Positions 27,996 through 38,030 of a DNA stretch of 64,000 bases are shown in pieces (within the stretch, counting starts at the first letter, position 1; the number at the start of each line of letters is the position of its first letter). The DNA comes from Spirochaetia bacterium. Its GTDB lineage: Bacteria; Spirochaetota; Spirochaetia; UBA9216. The stretch covers positions 4,096,001-4,160,000 of the forward strand of contig OY776510.1 in assembly GCA_963675665.1 (NCBI GenBank), read 5' to 3'. Under the pieces are notes generated by a model, which saw nothing but the letters and a program-made list of their open reading frames with translations, made no database searches and was not told the DNA's origin. The position numbers and the translations under genes were made by a program.

Positions 27996-29469
27996 ACGGC
28001 ATATCTCCGGAATCAGTCAGCCATTCGTTAATCCGGCCGGGGCTCAACTCCAGTATGTTTTCGTGGAGCTTCCCGCCGCTCATTCCCAGGACCCTGTCGG
28101 ATACGGAAGCAGCCAGCTCAAGATTATGGGTAATAATTATCAGGCCGCGGCTTGTTTTCTTCAGTTTCACCGCAAGTTCAATAAAATCCCTGAAAGAAAG
28201 CCCGGTATCCGCTTCATCCAGAATAAAAACAGGGCGCCTGAGAAGATAGTAAACCGCCGCCTGAAGTCGTTTTCGGGCGCTGAAACTCATAAGCGCCGGA
28301 GGAGTGTCCGCTTCAGGAAGTTTGAAATCTTCAATGGTTTTGTCGACCGTCGCCTTAATAACAGAAGCGGTGTAACCGGCTTCTTTTAAACCGTATGCAA
28401 GCTCTTCATAAACAGTCGGCAGAAAAATCTGGTAATCAGGATTTTGAAACATATATGCGCAGAAAGCATTTAAATATGAAGCATCCGCCGGCTCGGGGGT
28501 TCCAATCGTGCCGCTTTGGGGTTCAGCCAAACCGCACAGAAGCCTTGCAAGGGTTGACTTGCCGCAGCCGTTGCGTCCGACAATCGAAACAATCTCATTT
28601 TCTTTAAGTTCAAATCTTTTAACGGACAATCTGAACTCGCCGTTATCGTAACGGTATTCAAGATTATCAGCCCGGATAAGTATACTGCCGCCGGCTGAAC
28701 CGGAATAATTCTTCCTAATCTCGGGCAGATCCGGTATTATGCCGGCGTCAGCCAGCTTTTTTCTGAACGATCCCGGAAAAGGAAACCTGACAGCATCTGA
28801 CATTTTGCCGTGATCAAGCAGATAAAACGCGTCAGCTTCCCTGAAAACATTGAAATACTTCGAAGAAAAAACAAGAACGCTTCGGCCGGAAGCCCTTAAA
28901 ATTTCAAACAACTCAATTTTTGAAGGATTATCAAGTTCTTCAAAGGTTTCATCAAGTATCCATAACTCCGGATTAACCGAAACCAACCCGGCAAGAGCAA
29001 GTTTCTTTTTTTCTCCGCCGGATGTTTCAGATGTCGGAGAGTCAAGCAGACAGGATATTCCGAGTTTTTCGAATGAATCTTCAACACGGATTTTTATCTC
29101 ATTTTCATCGATGCCGAGCGACTCAAGAGCAAAAGCAGCCTCATCAAAGCATTCGGTAGTAACGGTCTGACGTTCGGGATCCTGAAAAACCAGCCCGCAA
29201 TGTTCAATAATATTTGAAGGGTCAGAATCAAGCAGATTAATCCCGCCCAGTTCCGCCTTTCCCGACAAACTGCCTCCGGTATGCAGCGGAACAAGGGCGG
29301 TTAAAATCATTGCCAGGGTACTTTTCCCCGACTCGGCCCCGCCGAAAACAACTGTAATTTCACCTGCCGGGAGTTTGAATGAAAGCTCCGACAGGATTTC
29401 ACTGCTGCTGAAATCATTATACGACGGATATTTAAAACACAGCTTTTCGACCTTCAAACAGTTCTTCAT
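27985..29469 (-). CDS. ECF transporter ATPase with two fused ABC domains
   Basis: GGAESGKST, FQDPE, SGGEKKK, LDE; second GRNGCGKST, FQNPD, LDEA. Confidence 0.92.
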   Translation of the reverse strand: MKNCLKVEKLCFKYPSYNDFSSSEILSELSFKLPAGEITVVFGGAESGKSTLAMILTALVPLHTGGSLSGKAELGGINLLDSDPSNIIEHCGLVFQDPERQTVTTECFDEAAFALESLGIDENEIKIRVEDSFEKLGISCLLDSPTSETSGGEKKKLALAGLVSVNPELWILDETFEELDNPSKIELFEILRASGRSVLVFSSKYFNVFREADAFYLLDHGKMSDAVRFPFPGSFRKKLADAGIIPDLPEIRKNYSGSAGGSILIRADNLEYRYDNGEFRLSVKRFELKENEIVSIVGRNGCGKSTLARLLCGLAEPQSGTIGTPEPADASYLNAFCAYMFQNPDYQIFLPTVYEELAYGLKEAGYTASVIKATVDKTIEDFKLPEADTPPALMSFSARKRLQAAVYYLLRRPVFILDEADTGLSFRDFIELAVKLKKTSRGLIIITHNLELAASVSDRVLGMSGGKLHENILELSPGRINEWLTDSGDMPYDN

Positions 29470-29635
29470 TTCTTAAAGATTATACCTATTTTAGGATTTT
29501 CCTCAATCGAATGATTATTTTAACAGAATTTTATCATAGATCCTGAATTACGTATTACATTGTGGTATAGTCTCAAGGATTTGGATTCAATTTTGCCGGC
29601 CAAACGATTAACTTGATAGGCAAGGAGGACGAAAG

Positions 29636-30370
29636 ATGAACTACGATCTTACTTTCGGAAACAGGATAAAATGTACTGAAGCAGAAAAAAAGCACTCACT
29701 CGTACTTCTGAGAGAAATTCTTGAACAATCAAAAAAAGCGCGCACAGCCGGATTTTTGGTTCTGGGTAAAGATGCGGATTTAATTTCCAATTCTTTTCTC
29801 AAAGACGGAATCAAACTTATAGGCAAGGGATATGATTATTCCGCAGTTGAAAAAATACTTGATATAAAAATCGCCGTCAGAAATGCGGACGGTATTCATT
29901 TGCTGGAAATGGCCATGGTAAAAGAAGGAATCCTTTCAATACTGAGAGCTGATCCGGTCAGTCTGACTGAAGAAATTCTGTTCTCTTTTCTTGGATCAAC
30001 TATCTATGAAAAACATCTGAGAGAGCAGAACGATGATTTTACAAAATATATTGCCCAGATTGCAAACTCGGAGCGCACAGCCCGATCCGAATGCGGATTC
30101 TGGATGCTGCAGGCAAGCGACAACGAAATCAGTTTTATGCTGAAAGCCTTCGACTGGGAAACCCTCGGAATTCTCATGAAAATGGAAACTGACGCGGTTC
30201 TTTACCGCGTGTACAGCAATCTGAGCCGCGAATCAGGCAAACTCTTCAGGGAACGGCTGCTCATTTTAAAGGATCCCGACGGCAAAGCGATCGGCGAGGC
30301 AGAAAACAAGTTCAGAGCTGTTACATCAAAGATATCTTCAGGCAAGGCTGCAACAGCAAAAGCAGGGTAA
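29636..30370 (+). CDS. Soluble protein with MotA-cytoplasmic-like N-part and FliG C-terminal-like domain
   Basis: KKARTAGFLVL...FLKDGIKLI...KEGILSI; SDNEISFMLKAFD...VYSNLSRESG...IGEAE; SD AAGGAGG. Confidence 0.65.
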   Translation: MNYDLTFGNRIKCTEAEKKHSLVLLREILEQSKKARTAGFLVLGKDADLISNSFLKDGIKLIGKGYDYSAVEKILDIKIAVRNADGIHLLEMAMVKEGILSILRADPVSLTEEILFSFLGSTIYEKHLREQNDDFTKYIAQIANSERTARSECGFWMLQASDNEISFMLKAFDWETLGILMKMETDAVLYRVYSNLSRESGKLFRERLLILKDPDGKAIGEAENKFRAVTSKISSGKAATAKAG

Positions 30371-30457
30371 ATTCCCAGGGCAGACGACAGCGCCTGCCCT
30401 CCCAAATAATATCCTCCGCCTTGCCCCAAAGCATTATAACTGATAGACTGACTGGCT

Positions 30458-32137
30458 ATGGCAGATATCGGAGAAAAACCTCTTATTGTTCAAAGCGACA
30501 GCTCTCTCATGCTGGATGTACACAATTCGTCTTACGAGGCGGTCAGAAATGATATTGCGGCTTTCGCAGAACTGGAGAAATCTCCGGAACATCTCCACAC
30601 TTATCGTATCACTCCGCTTTCATTATGGAATGCAGCATCTGCAGGCATTCCGGCAGCAGAAGTTATGGACAGGCTCTCCCGCTGGTCCAGGTTTGCAATC
30701 CCCGAGAACGTACGTTTTTCCGTGGAACAGACTATCAGCAGGTTCGGCCAGCTTGTACTGAAGGAAACGCAAAACCCCGATTTTCTTTACCTGGAAGCAG
30801 ATAATTATAATATTGTAGTCGAACTCGAATCACGAAAAAGTCTCTCAAAACTTCTGATCCGGGAAGGCGACGGGTTTCTGGTCAGACTTGTTGATCGTGG
30901 CTCTGTGAAAGTTGAACTGATAAAAGCCGGCTGGCCGGTCAAGGATATAGCGCCGCTGACCGACGGCGAACCGCTGGAGTTTTCACTCAGGGAACAGACT
31001 ATAGGCGGCATGGATTTCCATATCCGGGACTATCAGATTGAGGCGGCAGACGCTTTTTACGGCGCCGGAAGCCAGGGTTTCGGTTTCGGAACAATCGTAA
31101 TGCCGTGCGGTTCGGGCAAAACCATTGTCGGAATGAAAGCCATGGATCTCTGCAAAACCAATACGCTTATCATTACAACCAATATAGCCGCTGTCCATCA
31201 GTGGATGCGGGAGCTTCTTGATAAATCAAATATTGACCCGGAGCATCTCGGGGAATATACAGGCTCGAGGAAGGAAATCAAACCGGTAACAATCGCTACA
31301 TACCAGATTCTTACCTGGCGGCCGGACAAGGAAAGCGATTTCCCGCACTTTAAACTGTTCACAGCAGGCGGCTGGGGACTTATCATATACGATGAGGTCC
31401 ATCTTTTGCCTGCCCCCGTGTTCAGGGTCACTGCCGAAATTCAGGCTGTAAGACGAATAGGCCTCACTGCTACCCTTCTGCGTGAGGACGGCCGCGAAGC
31501 GGATGTATTTTCGCTGGTCGGCCCGAAACGTTTTGATGTACCATGGAAAGAACTCGAAGCAAAAGGCTGGATTGCCGAAGCAGGCTGTAACGAGATTCGT
31601 GTTGATCTGCCGAAAGACCTGCTTATACAGTATGCGGCCGCCGACAAAAGGCAGAAATTCCGCATTGCAAGCGAAAACCCGCGTAAACTCACAATCGTCA
31701 AACAGCTTGTTGAGAATCACCGGGAGGATCAGATACTTGTGATCGGTCAATATCTTAAACAGCTTCACCAGATTGCACACATGCTCAAGGCGCCCATCAT
31801 TACCGGCAAAACACCTAACGCAGAAAGAGAGATTATCTATCAGGATTTTCGCGATGGAAAAGTTCGTGTAATCGTCGTCTCCAAGGTCGCGAACTTTGCA
31901 ATTGATCTGCCGGACGCATCGGTGGCAGTTCAGGTTTCCGGAACCTTCGGCTCGCGCCAGGAGGAAGCACAGCGGCTTGGACGGATTCTTCGGCCGAAAG
32001 AAAAAAACTCATGGTTTTATTCCATTGTATCGAATTACACAACAGAAGAAGTATTTTCAGCCAACCGGCAGAAATTTCTGACTGAGCAGGGATATAAATA
32101 TAATATTGAAATCTGGGATGATCTTGTTGATGACTGA
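30458..32137 (+). CDS. DNA repair helicase XPB (ERCC3/Rad25 family)
   Basis: FAELEKSPEHLHTY, RDYQ, MPCGSGKT, DEVH, GLTAT, QRLGRILR. Confidence 0.96.
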   Translation: MADIGEKPLIVQSDSSLMLDVHNSSYEAVRNDIAAFAELEKSPEHLHTYRITPLSLWNAASAGIPAAEVMDRLSRWSRFAIPENVRFSVEQTISRFGQLVLKETQNPDFLYLEADNYNIVVELESRKSLSKLLIREGDGFLVRLVDRGSVKVELIKAGWPVKDIAPLTDGEPLEFSLREQTIGGMDFHIRDYQIEAADAFYGAGSQGFGFGTIVMPCGSGKTIVGMKAMDLCKTNTLIITTNIAAVHQWMRELLDKSNIDPEHLGEYTGSRKEIKPVTIATYQILTWRPDKESDFPHFKLFTAGGWGLIIYDEVHLLPAPVFRVTAEIQAVRRIGLTATLLREDGREADVFSLVGPKRFDVPWKELEAKGWIAEAGCNEIRVDLPKDLLIQYAAADKRQKFRIASENPRKLTIVKQLVENHREDQILVIGQYLKQLHQIAHMLKAPIITGKTPNAEREIIYQDFRDGKVRVIVVSKVANFAIDLPDASVAVQVSGTFGSRQEEAQRLGRILRPKEKNSWFYSIVSNYTTEEVFSANRQKFLTEQGYKYNIEIWDDLVDD

Positions 32138-32200
32138 ATCGAATTATCGGACTGCAGCTGAATTCACCGGCCATCCAAAACGACCGGAGGTTTTTTTAGG

Positions 32201-34204
32201 ATGATAGACAGCTGGAAGAACAATTTGCTCAACCTTCCCGATTCCGTATTCTTCGATATAATGCGCAATTATCTCGGCGACCTGAAAACCCCTTTTAACA
32301 AACATGATCTTATGCGCTCGCTTACAAAACTGATTTCAAAAAAGGAAATAAGAGCCAAAATATTCTCACTGATAGATCATGACGATTCCAGGCTGCTGAC
32401 TGCCATAGCCCTTTTGAACACTGCCGGAATTGATGAACTTTACGAATTTACCAGACAGTATTATTCGTTTCTTGAACTTCACAACAGGATTGCTAATCTG
32501 CAGGAAAGGCTTCTGATCTGTATCGAAGACAAGCGCCTGATAAAACTCAATCCGGTCTTTGAAGAAGAACTTAAAGAGGATTATCTCGATTCGGCAGCTA
32601 TTTTTTCTTCTTTGTCCGTAGCTGATGAACCCGGAAATCCCTGGCTCAACGAACAGTTCATAGCAGCCCTTTTGTCTTTTTTCATCAATAACAGAAATAT
32701 CTTCAACCAGAACCTGAACAGCCGTAAAAAAGCTGAAGGCCGCCTGGCGGCTGTATTTCCCTGGCTGACTGAAGCCGACAGCGATGAGCCGGTGAGTTTT
32801 CTCATCAGGATGCTCAGTACCCTCGGATTCATCAGTATATCCGATTCGGATCCGGAAATTATTATCGACAATATTTTATCCTTCGGAAAACAGCCAGTCA
32901 GCAATCGACGGATTCTCACGGCAGCGGCGGCTGTTTCCGCATGGTCCGATGATAAAGCCGTCAGTCCGGAAACTTTGACCTGTTTTTTATCAACGCTTTT
33001 TTCGAGCCTGAAACCCGGCTCAAGGCTTCATGAAAACGATTTAAAATCCTTTTTCTACCTTATCAGAAGAAATATTAATAAAACGGATGACGGCGCTGCA
33101 AACCTGACGGACGACCTTCTTACCGAAGCGCTCTGTTTCTGCGGTTTTATGATTAAAGATGATGATTTCAGACAATTTACACATGGAGAGACCTCTCCGG
33201 TTTCCGGAGAAAAGATAAGGATTCAGTCCAACTTTGATATAACTGCGCCTGCGGCTTTTCCTTTCAATAATGAAATTTTGACTGCTTTAAGCTGCGAAAT
33301 AAGCAGTTATGATATTACCAGAACGTACGAACTGAAAAAATCTTCTTTTGCCGCTGCGCTTGATGCGGGACTGACTCTCGGGCGGATCCGGGAAAACATG
33401 ACGGAGAATTCAACCGGCGGTATACCGCAGAATATACAATTCTCGTTAAATGCATGGGAAAAGGAATATAACAGTATTAATCTTAAATACGGTGTTGTAA
33501 TGATTGTCGAGCGTGAAAGACTGCCGTTAATCGAACATTCCCCGGGACTGAAAGATTTCTTCACAGCTTCACCTGCACAGGGTGTATTTATACTTGATCC
33601 GGCAAGAGAACCCGAATGGCGGCGGGCTTTTGCCGATGCCGGTTTTGATATGCTTCCGAGAATTATAATCCCGCATGCACAACAGCCTATACCTGAAACA
33701 GGACCGGCTGCGTTTAAAAGGTTTAAATTGACAGGTAAAACCGTTATCCAAAACTACTCGGCAACTTTCAAACCTCAGACAGACGATATAATCGGAAAAA
33801 TATCAGAAAAAATTCGCAGGCTGTCCGTTTCAACGGAAAACAAACAGAAACTTGAAGCCCGGGCAAAAAAGAAATTGATTCTGGCCGATTCCCAGCTGTC
33901 CGCATCAAACAAGCCGGAAGAACGCGGAGAAGCCGGAGGCCTGGACCACCGCGCAAAAATACGCCTTACAGAGCGCGCTCTTGAACTCGATAATCTTTTG
34001 GAAATCACAACAGCGAAGGATCTCGAACTTGAAAAAAGGCTGATTAAACCTTTAAGGCTTGTAAAATCCGATGCCGAAACACCTGACAAACCACCTGTTT
34101 ACCGGATTGAAGCAATAGAACTGCCGGAAGAAACCCAATTAACAGTATCAATAACCCGTATCAGCTATATGCGGATGCTTAAAAGCTCACTTTTCACACC
34201 GTAA
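32201..34204 (+). CDS. XPB-associated protein (helicase-associated XPB N-terminal-like domain, possible C-terminal WYL-like domain)
   Basis: LKTPFNKHDL; QSNFDITAP...KSSFAAALDAG...PQNIQFSLNAW; directly downstream of XPB. Confidence 0.75.
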   Translation: MIDSWKNNLLNLPDSVFFDIMRNYLGDLKTPFNKHDLMRSLTKLISKKEIRAKIFSLIDHDDSRLLTAIALLNTAGIDELYEFTRQYYSFLELHNRIANLQERLLICIEDKRLIKLNPVFEEELKEDYLDSAAIFSSLSVADEPGNPWLNEQFIAALLSFFINNRNIFNQNLNSRKKAEGRLAAVFPWLTEADSDEPVSFLIRMLSTLGFISISDSDPEIIIDNILSFGKQPVSNRRILTAAAAVSAWSDDKAVSPETLTCFLSTLFSSLKPGSRLHENDLKSFFYLIRRNINKTDDGAANLTDDLLTEALCFCGFMIKDDDFRQFTHGETSPVSGEKIRIQSNFDITAPAAFPFNNEILTALSCEISSYDITRTYELKKSSFAAALDAGLTLGRIRENMTENSTGGIPQNIQFSLNAWEKEYNSINLKYGVVMIVERERLPLIEHSPGLKDFFTASPAQGVFILDPAREPEWRRAFADAGFDMLPRIIIPHAQQPIPETGPAAFKRFKLTGKTVIQNYSATFKPQTDDIIGKISEKIRRLSVSTENKQKLEARAKKKLILADSQLSASNKPEERGEAGGLDHRAKIRLTERALELDNLLEITTAKDLELEKRLIKPLRLVKSDAETPDKPPVYRIEAIELPEETQLTVSITRISYMRMLKSSLFTP

Positions 34205-35738
34205 AACCGGTAAACAACCTGAACTGCTCATCAGCCTGGGCTTTAAGCATCGGGAAACCGTTCATCACGATACATCCGGCGGCTTCCGCCTGCTTCAGAA
34301 AAACCGTCTTCTCCGGGGCATAAATCAGGTCATAAGCAATTTCCACCCCCCTGAAATCAAACCCCGGAACCGGGTTGCCATCGATGTCAGGTTCCATCCC
34401 GGCGCTTGTGGTCTGGACCACTATCCGGTACGGTGATCGTTCAGCCCGGCGCTCTTCCGTCAGGGCATCAAGCCCTGTGCCGCGGCAGCCGAAATCAGCA
34501 GCAAGGGCTTCAGCCTTTTCAACGGTTCTGTTCGCAACAGTAACGTCAGCCCCGCGGCTTGCAAGCGCATAAACGACCGCCCGCGCCGCGCCGCCGGCGC
34601 CTATGACAAGGGCTGAACAGCCTTTGACGGGTGTTTTTCCTGAAAGGATTTTCTCAAGCGGCGCAAGAAAACCGAGCCAGTCCGTATTACTGCCCCGCCA
34701 GCCGTTTTGAAACACAAGGGTGTTGCAGGCCCCGATTGCATCTACCGATTCATCGACTGAATCAGCGGCGCTGATGACACGCTGTTTATACGGAATAGTA
34801 ACGGAAAGACCGTGGAGGTTCAGTTTTCCGGCATTTTCCAGCAGCATTTCAGGATCCGGCGTCTCAAAAGGAAGATATACCGCATCGATACCGTGCTTCC
34901 GGATCGCTGCATTATGTATTTCAGGCGACTTTGTATGCATTACGGGACGACCGATTATACCGAAAACCTTCGTGCCGGCATTAAGATGCCTGTAATTATA
35001 AATTTCAACAAGATCACGGGGCCGAATATGACCGGGAGCGGCACTTACGCTGCCTGCCGAGCAGAAAGTCAACATAGACCCCCATGCCCCGGCCATAATC
35101 CGCGAGGGAAAACCGATCGGGCCCATTCCGACCAGGATATAATCCGAAAGGAGCGGCCCGTTGGTGCATGAATACCCCTGCGAGGTGTGTTTAACCTCCT
35201 CAAGCCTTTTGTATACATCAACCAGTTTAAGTAAATCATTCGAGCTTTGAGGCATTACCGCAGCTTTCGGAATAAACCTGTCTCCCCGTGAATTATCAAT
35301 CATCCGCTGTGCCAGATTATCCGGAACTCCGGTGAAATCATGAAAGGAAATTATCACCCTGGTGCCTGCAGCTTCGGCGCTTTTAACCAGTTGCAGCTCA
35401 CATTCGGCATCAGCATCTTCTTCCAGATCGATAAAGGCCCACCCCCCCGAAAGAGCCTCATGTATAATACGGCAGCGGCTTTCAATTGCAGAAGGATTCA
35501 AACCTTCCGGTCCGCCGGCAGCCCCTACGGCTTCATTTTCCCGGCCCCCGTCTTTCGGCCATCTGTACGTCAATATACACGGAAGCCCCGCCTGTTCCGG
35601 AAAATCCCGCAACAGGGGCATCTGGTCAGGCAAAAGAAAGTCTGCACGGATTTCAGCCATATCGATGTAATCAAGGTTGTTTTTTATCAGTTCGAGATCG
35701 GCTTCTATTGTACTGCCGGGGCAACTCAGACATATCAT
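34194..35738 (-). CDS. aroE: Bifunctional type I 3-dehydroquinate dehydratase / shikimate dehydrogenase
   Basis: EIRAD, ISFHDF, PKAA, GMG, APG (AroD) fused to HTKSP, SVTIPYK, GACNT, NTD, GAGGAA, NRT, DLIY (AroE). Confidence 0.93.
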   Translation of the reverse strand: MICLSCPGSTIEADLELIKNNLDYIDMAEIRADFLLPDQMPLLRDFPEQAGLPCILTYRWPKDGGRENEAVGAAGGPEGLNPSAIESRCRIIHEALSGGWAFIDLEEDADAECELQLVKSAEAAGTRVIISFHDFTGVPDNLAQRMIDNSRGDRFIPKAAVMPQSSNDLLKLVDVYKRLEEVKHTSQGYSCTNGPLLSDYILVGMGPIGFPSRIMAGAWGSMLTFCSAGSVSAAPGHIRPRDLVEIYNYRHLNAGTKVFGIIGRPVMHTKSPEIHNAAIRKHGIDAVYLPFETPDPEMLLENAGKLNLHGLSVTIPYKQRVISAADSVDESVDAIGACNTLVFQNGWRGSNTDWLGFLAPLEKILSGKTPVKGCSALVIGAGGAARAVVYALASRGADVTVANRTVEKAEALAADFGCRGTGLDALTEERRAERSPYRIVVQTTSAGMEPDIDGNPVPGFDFRGVEIAYDLIYAPEKTVFLKQAEAAGCIVMNGFPMLKAQADEQFRLFTGFTV

Positions 35739-35769
35739 TATTCAGCTCCTGTAAGGACTTCAGCAGTTT

Positions 35770-36312
35770 TCAGCGGACCAGGTAGAGATACACCTCGGTG
35801 AGGCCTTCTTCTAATCCGGAATCTGTAAAGACGAAGCGCAGCCTTACCGGAGCTCCCCGCCAGGGAAGATTATAATACAGCGAACCGTCGGCTTCAATCC
35901 ACGGAGAACCGCAAACGTGCATGACGGCGGCGGGCGAACTGCCCATTCCGAGCCCTGCAAGCCTGCCCCGGACGGTTGAATCCAGCCGCAGCTGCCTCAC
36001 TCGCCCGTTTACAAACCAGACTGTAAGTCCCCGGAGAAGCTTTTCGTCGGCCGGGTACTCTTCACCGGTATGCTGACCGGCGAAATATAAAATGCGGTCG
36101 GCACGGCTGTCTATTGATTCAGGCTCTATATCGACTGCTTCGGTTCCGAACCCGGCTGAACCGGCGGCGGACAAAACTGTTTGCAGGTCGGACCCGAGCA
36201 AATTATACCAGAACGACAATTCCGGCTGCGATTCCGGGTCCAGCCCGTTTGCAAAGAGAGCTGCGGCAGAAAGTATAAAAAATAAAATAATTGCTGTTCT
36301 TTTACCGATCAC
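35770..36312 (-). CDS. Hypothetical exported protein
   Basis: Signal peptide ending ALFA; ATGA-type overlap with upstream TPR gene. Confidence 0.7.
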   Translation of the reverse strand: MIGKRTAIILFFILSAAALFANGLDPESQPELSFWYNLLGSDLQTVLSAAGSAGFGTEAVDIEPESIDSRADRILYFAGQHTGEEYPADEKLLRGLTVWFVNGRVRQLRLDSTVRGRLAGLGMGSSPAAVMHVCGSPWIEADGSLYYNLPWRGAPVRLRFVFTDSGLEEGLTEVYLYLVR

Positions 36313-38030
36313 TGAAGCATTCCTTCTATTTCAGCCATCTCTCTTTTTATTTCCTGGTCGGCAGGGGCAAGAGCGGCTGCCTGCTTGATGTACCGGTAAG
36401 CCTTCCGGACATCTCCCATAGCGGTATAGAGCCTGGATATGCTTATAAGGGCATCAATATTCTGAAGGTCTTCAAACAGCGCCGATCTCAGCGACTGCAG
36501 CCTTGCATCATCCGTAAGATCTATAAGACTTTTAAGGTAATAAAGCACGGATCTTTTTTCAGCATCCTTTTCAAGGGGAATCCTCTGATCCAGTATCCGC
36601 TCAGCCTGCAGACGCCTGTTCATACTGATCAATGTTCGTATAAATATTATCGAAGCGTCACTTGAATCCGGGAAACGCTCATATAATCCGCCTGCAATTG
36701 ACAGAGCTTTCTCATAATTACTCTGAACATACCATGCTTTCCATGCTGCAAGCCCCGCTTTCAATGAACCATCGGCTTCAATAAGCCTTGTGGCGTATTC
36801 AGATGCGGCATTCCAGTCCTCCATTTCGATTGCATCGTCAATAAGAACAATCAGCCCCTCAACACCGGCGTCGTCGCTTCGTCCTTCGCCGGTAAGAATT
36901 TCCCGAGCTTCGTCCTTACGCCCGGTGAGCATTAAAACGGCGCCGTATGCTTCTTCAATTGATTTATCTCCTGCATATTTTTTCCTTGCCTGCTCCAGTG
37001 TATTCAAAGCGCTGAGATTATCCCCTGCAGCCCTCTCAATACCGGATTTTACAAGGTAAAAACCTGGTGTTTCATAAGGCATTCTTGCAAGCACATCAAT
37101 CAGGCGCCTGGCCTGCTGAAGATTATTCTGTTCAAGAAAAATTCTGGCGCGCAGAAGAAGTATTTCGGGATTATCAGGTTCAGCACGAAGCACCGCCGAT
37201 GAATAATCAAGCGCACCGCTGTAATCCTTTATCAGCAGTCGTGTCTCAGCAGCCGTTATAAGGATTTCTGTCGAAAACGGATATTGCGCAGAAAGAAGAT
37301 CCATTATTTCAACTGCGGCATCGTTCTTTCCGGTCCTTATATAGATTCGGGCAAGTCCCATTTCCGCCGGGTAAGTCGACGGATCAAGCTCAAGGGCTTT
37401 TGAATAATCAGTGAGTGCTTCATCGTATCTGCCGCGGCGTTCATTAATTAGGCCCCGCAGATAAAGGGGAAGGACCGACTTGTTGTTCATCTGAATAGCC
37501 TGATTAATGAACTCGAGAGAAGTCTGCTCAACTATATCATCTTCCGTATACAACACGGCTGCCGGAACAGTAAGTACAGTGAGAAAAGTTATGTCTTTCT
37601 GGCTGACGTCAGGCACAAGTCCGGATTCAATTTTTGCAAAAATATCCGGATATATGCTTCCGGCCGGTGCTTCAGGAATCATTCTGTCGCCGAGTATGAC
37701 CGGATAGGCGTGCGCCATCAGTTCAGCGGCTATATATGCGTATTCCAGGCCCGCCTCCGACCTGCCGGCGTCTGATTCCGAAAGCAGACTGATAGCCGAT
37801 CTTAGAGTGTCGGGCGAAGCAATACTCAAGTTTCTTTTGCATGTCTCGAGAATATCAAGTTCACTGCTGCTCACGCCGATTTCGGTGCTCTCCCGTGTAT
37901 CGGAAGCGGAAGTACATCCGAAGAGAATCAGCATGAGGCCAAGTATGAGACATGCAGCAAGCTTATTACACAGGGTAATGTTCCTTCGGGAAAAATCCCT
38001 TTTAACACATGTTTTCGATAATAGTATCAC
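36309..38030 (-). CDS. Tetratricopeptide repeat lipoprotein (start uncertain)
   Basis: Lipobox LFGC; TPR-like repeats e.g. [27 protein letters not shown]. Confidence 0.85.
   Translation of the reverse strand: MILLSKTCVKRDFSRRNITLCNKLAACLILGLMLILFGCTSASDTRESTEIGVSSSELDILETCKRNLSIASPDTLRSAISLLSESDAGRSEAGLEYAYIAAELMAHAYPVILGDRMIPEAPAGSIYPDIFAKIESGLVPDVSQKDITFLTVLTVPAAVLYTEDDIVEQTSLEFINQAIQMNNKSVLPLYLRGLINERRGRYDEALTDYSKALELDPSTYPAEMGLARIYIRTGKNDAAVEIMDLLSAQYPFSTEILITAAETRLLIKDYSGALDYSSAVLRAEPDNPEILLLRARIFLEQNNLQQARRLIDVLARMPYETPGFYLVKSGIERAAGDNLSALNTLEQARKKYAGDKSIEEAYGAVLMLTGRKDEAREILTGEGRSDDAGVEGLIVLIDDAIEMEDWNAASEYATRLIEADGSLKAGLAAWKAWYVQSNYEKALSIAGGLYERFPDSSDASIIFIRTLISMNRRLQAERILDQRIPLEKDAEKRSVLYYLKSLIDLTDDARLQSLRSALFEDLQNIDALISISRLYTAMGDVRKAYRYIKQAAALAPADQEIKREMAEIEGMLQ

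Noticed and set aside
29470-29635. Possible vitamin riboswitch (TPP, FMN, cobalamin) upstream of the ECF cluster
   Set aside because: No conserved aptamer motifs; -10 boxes lie immediately before the ATPase and S-component starts
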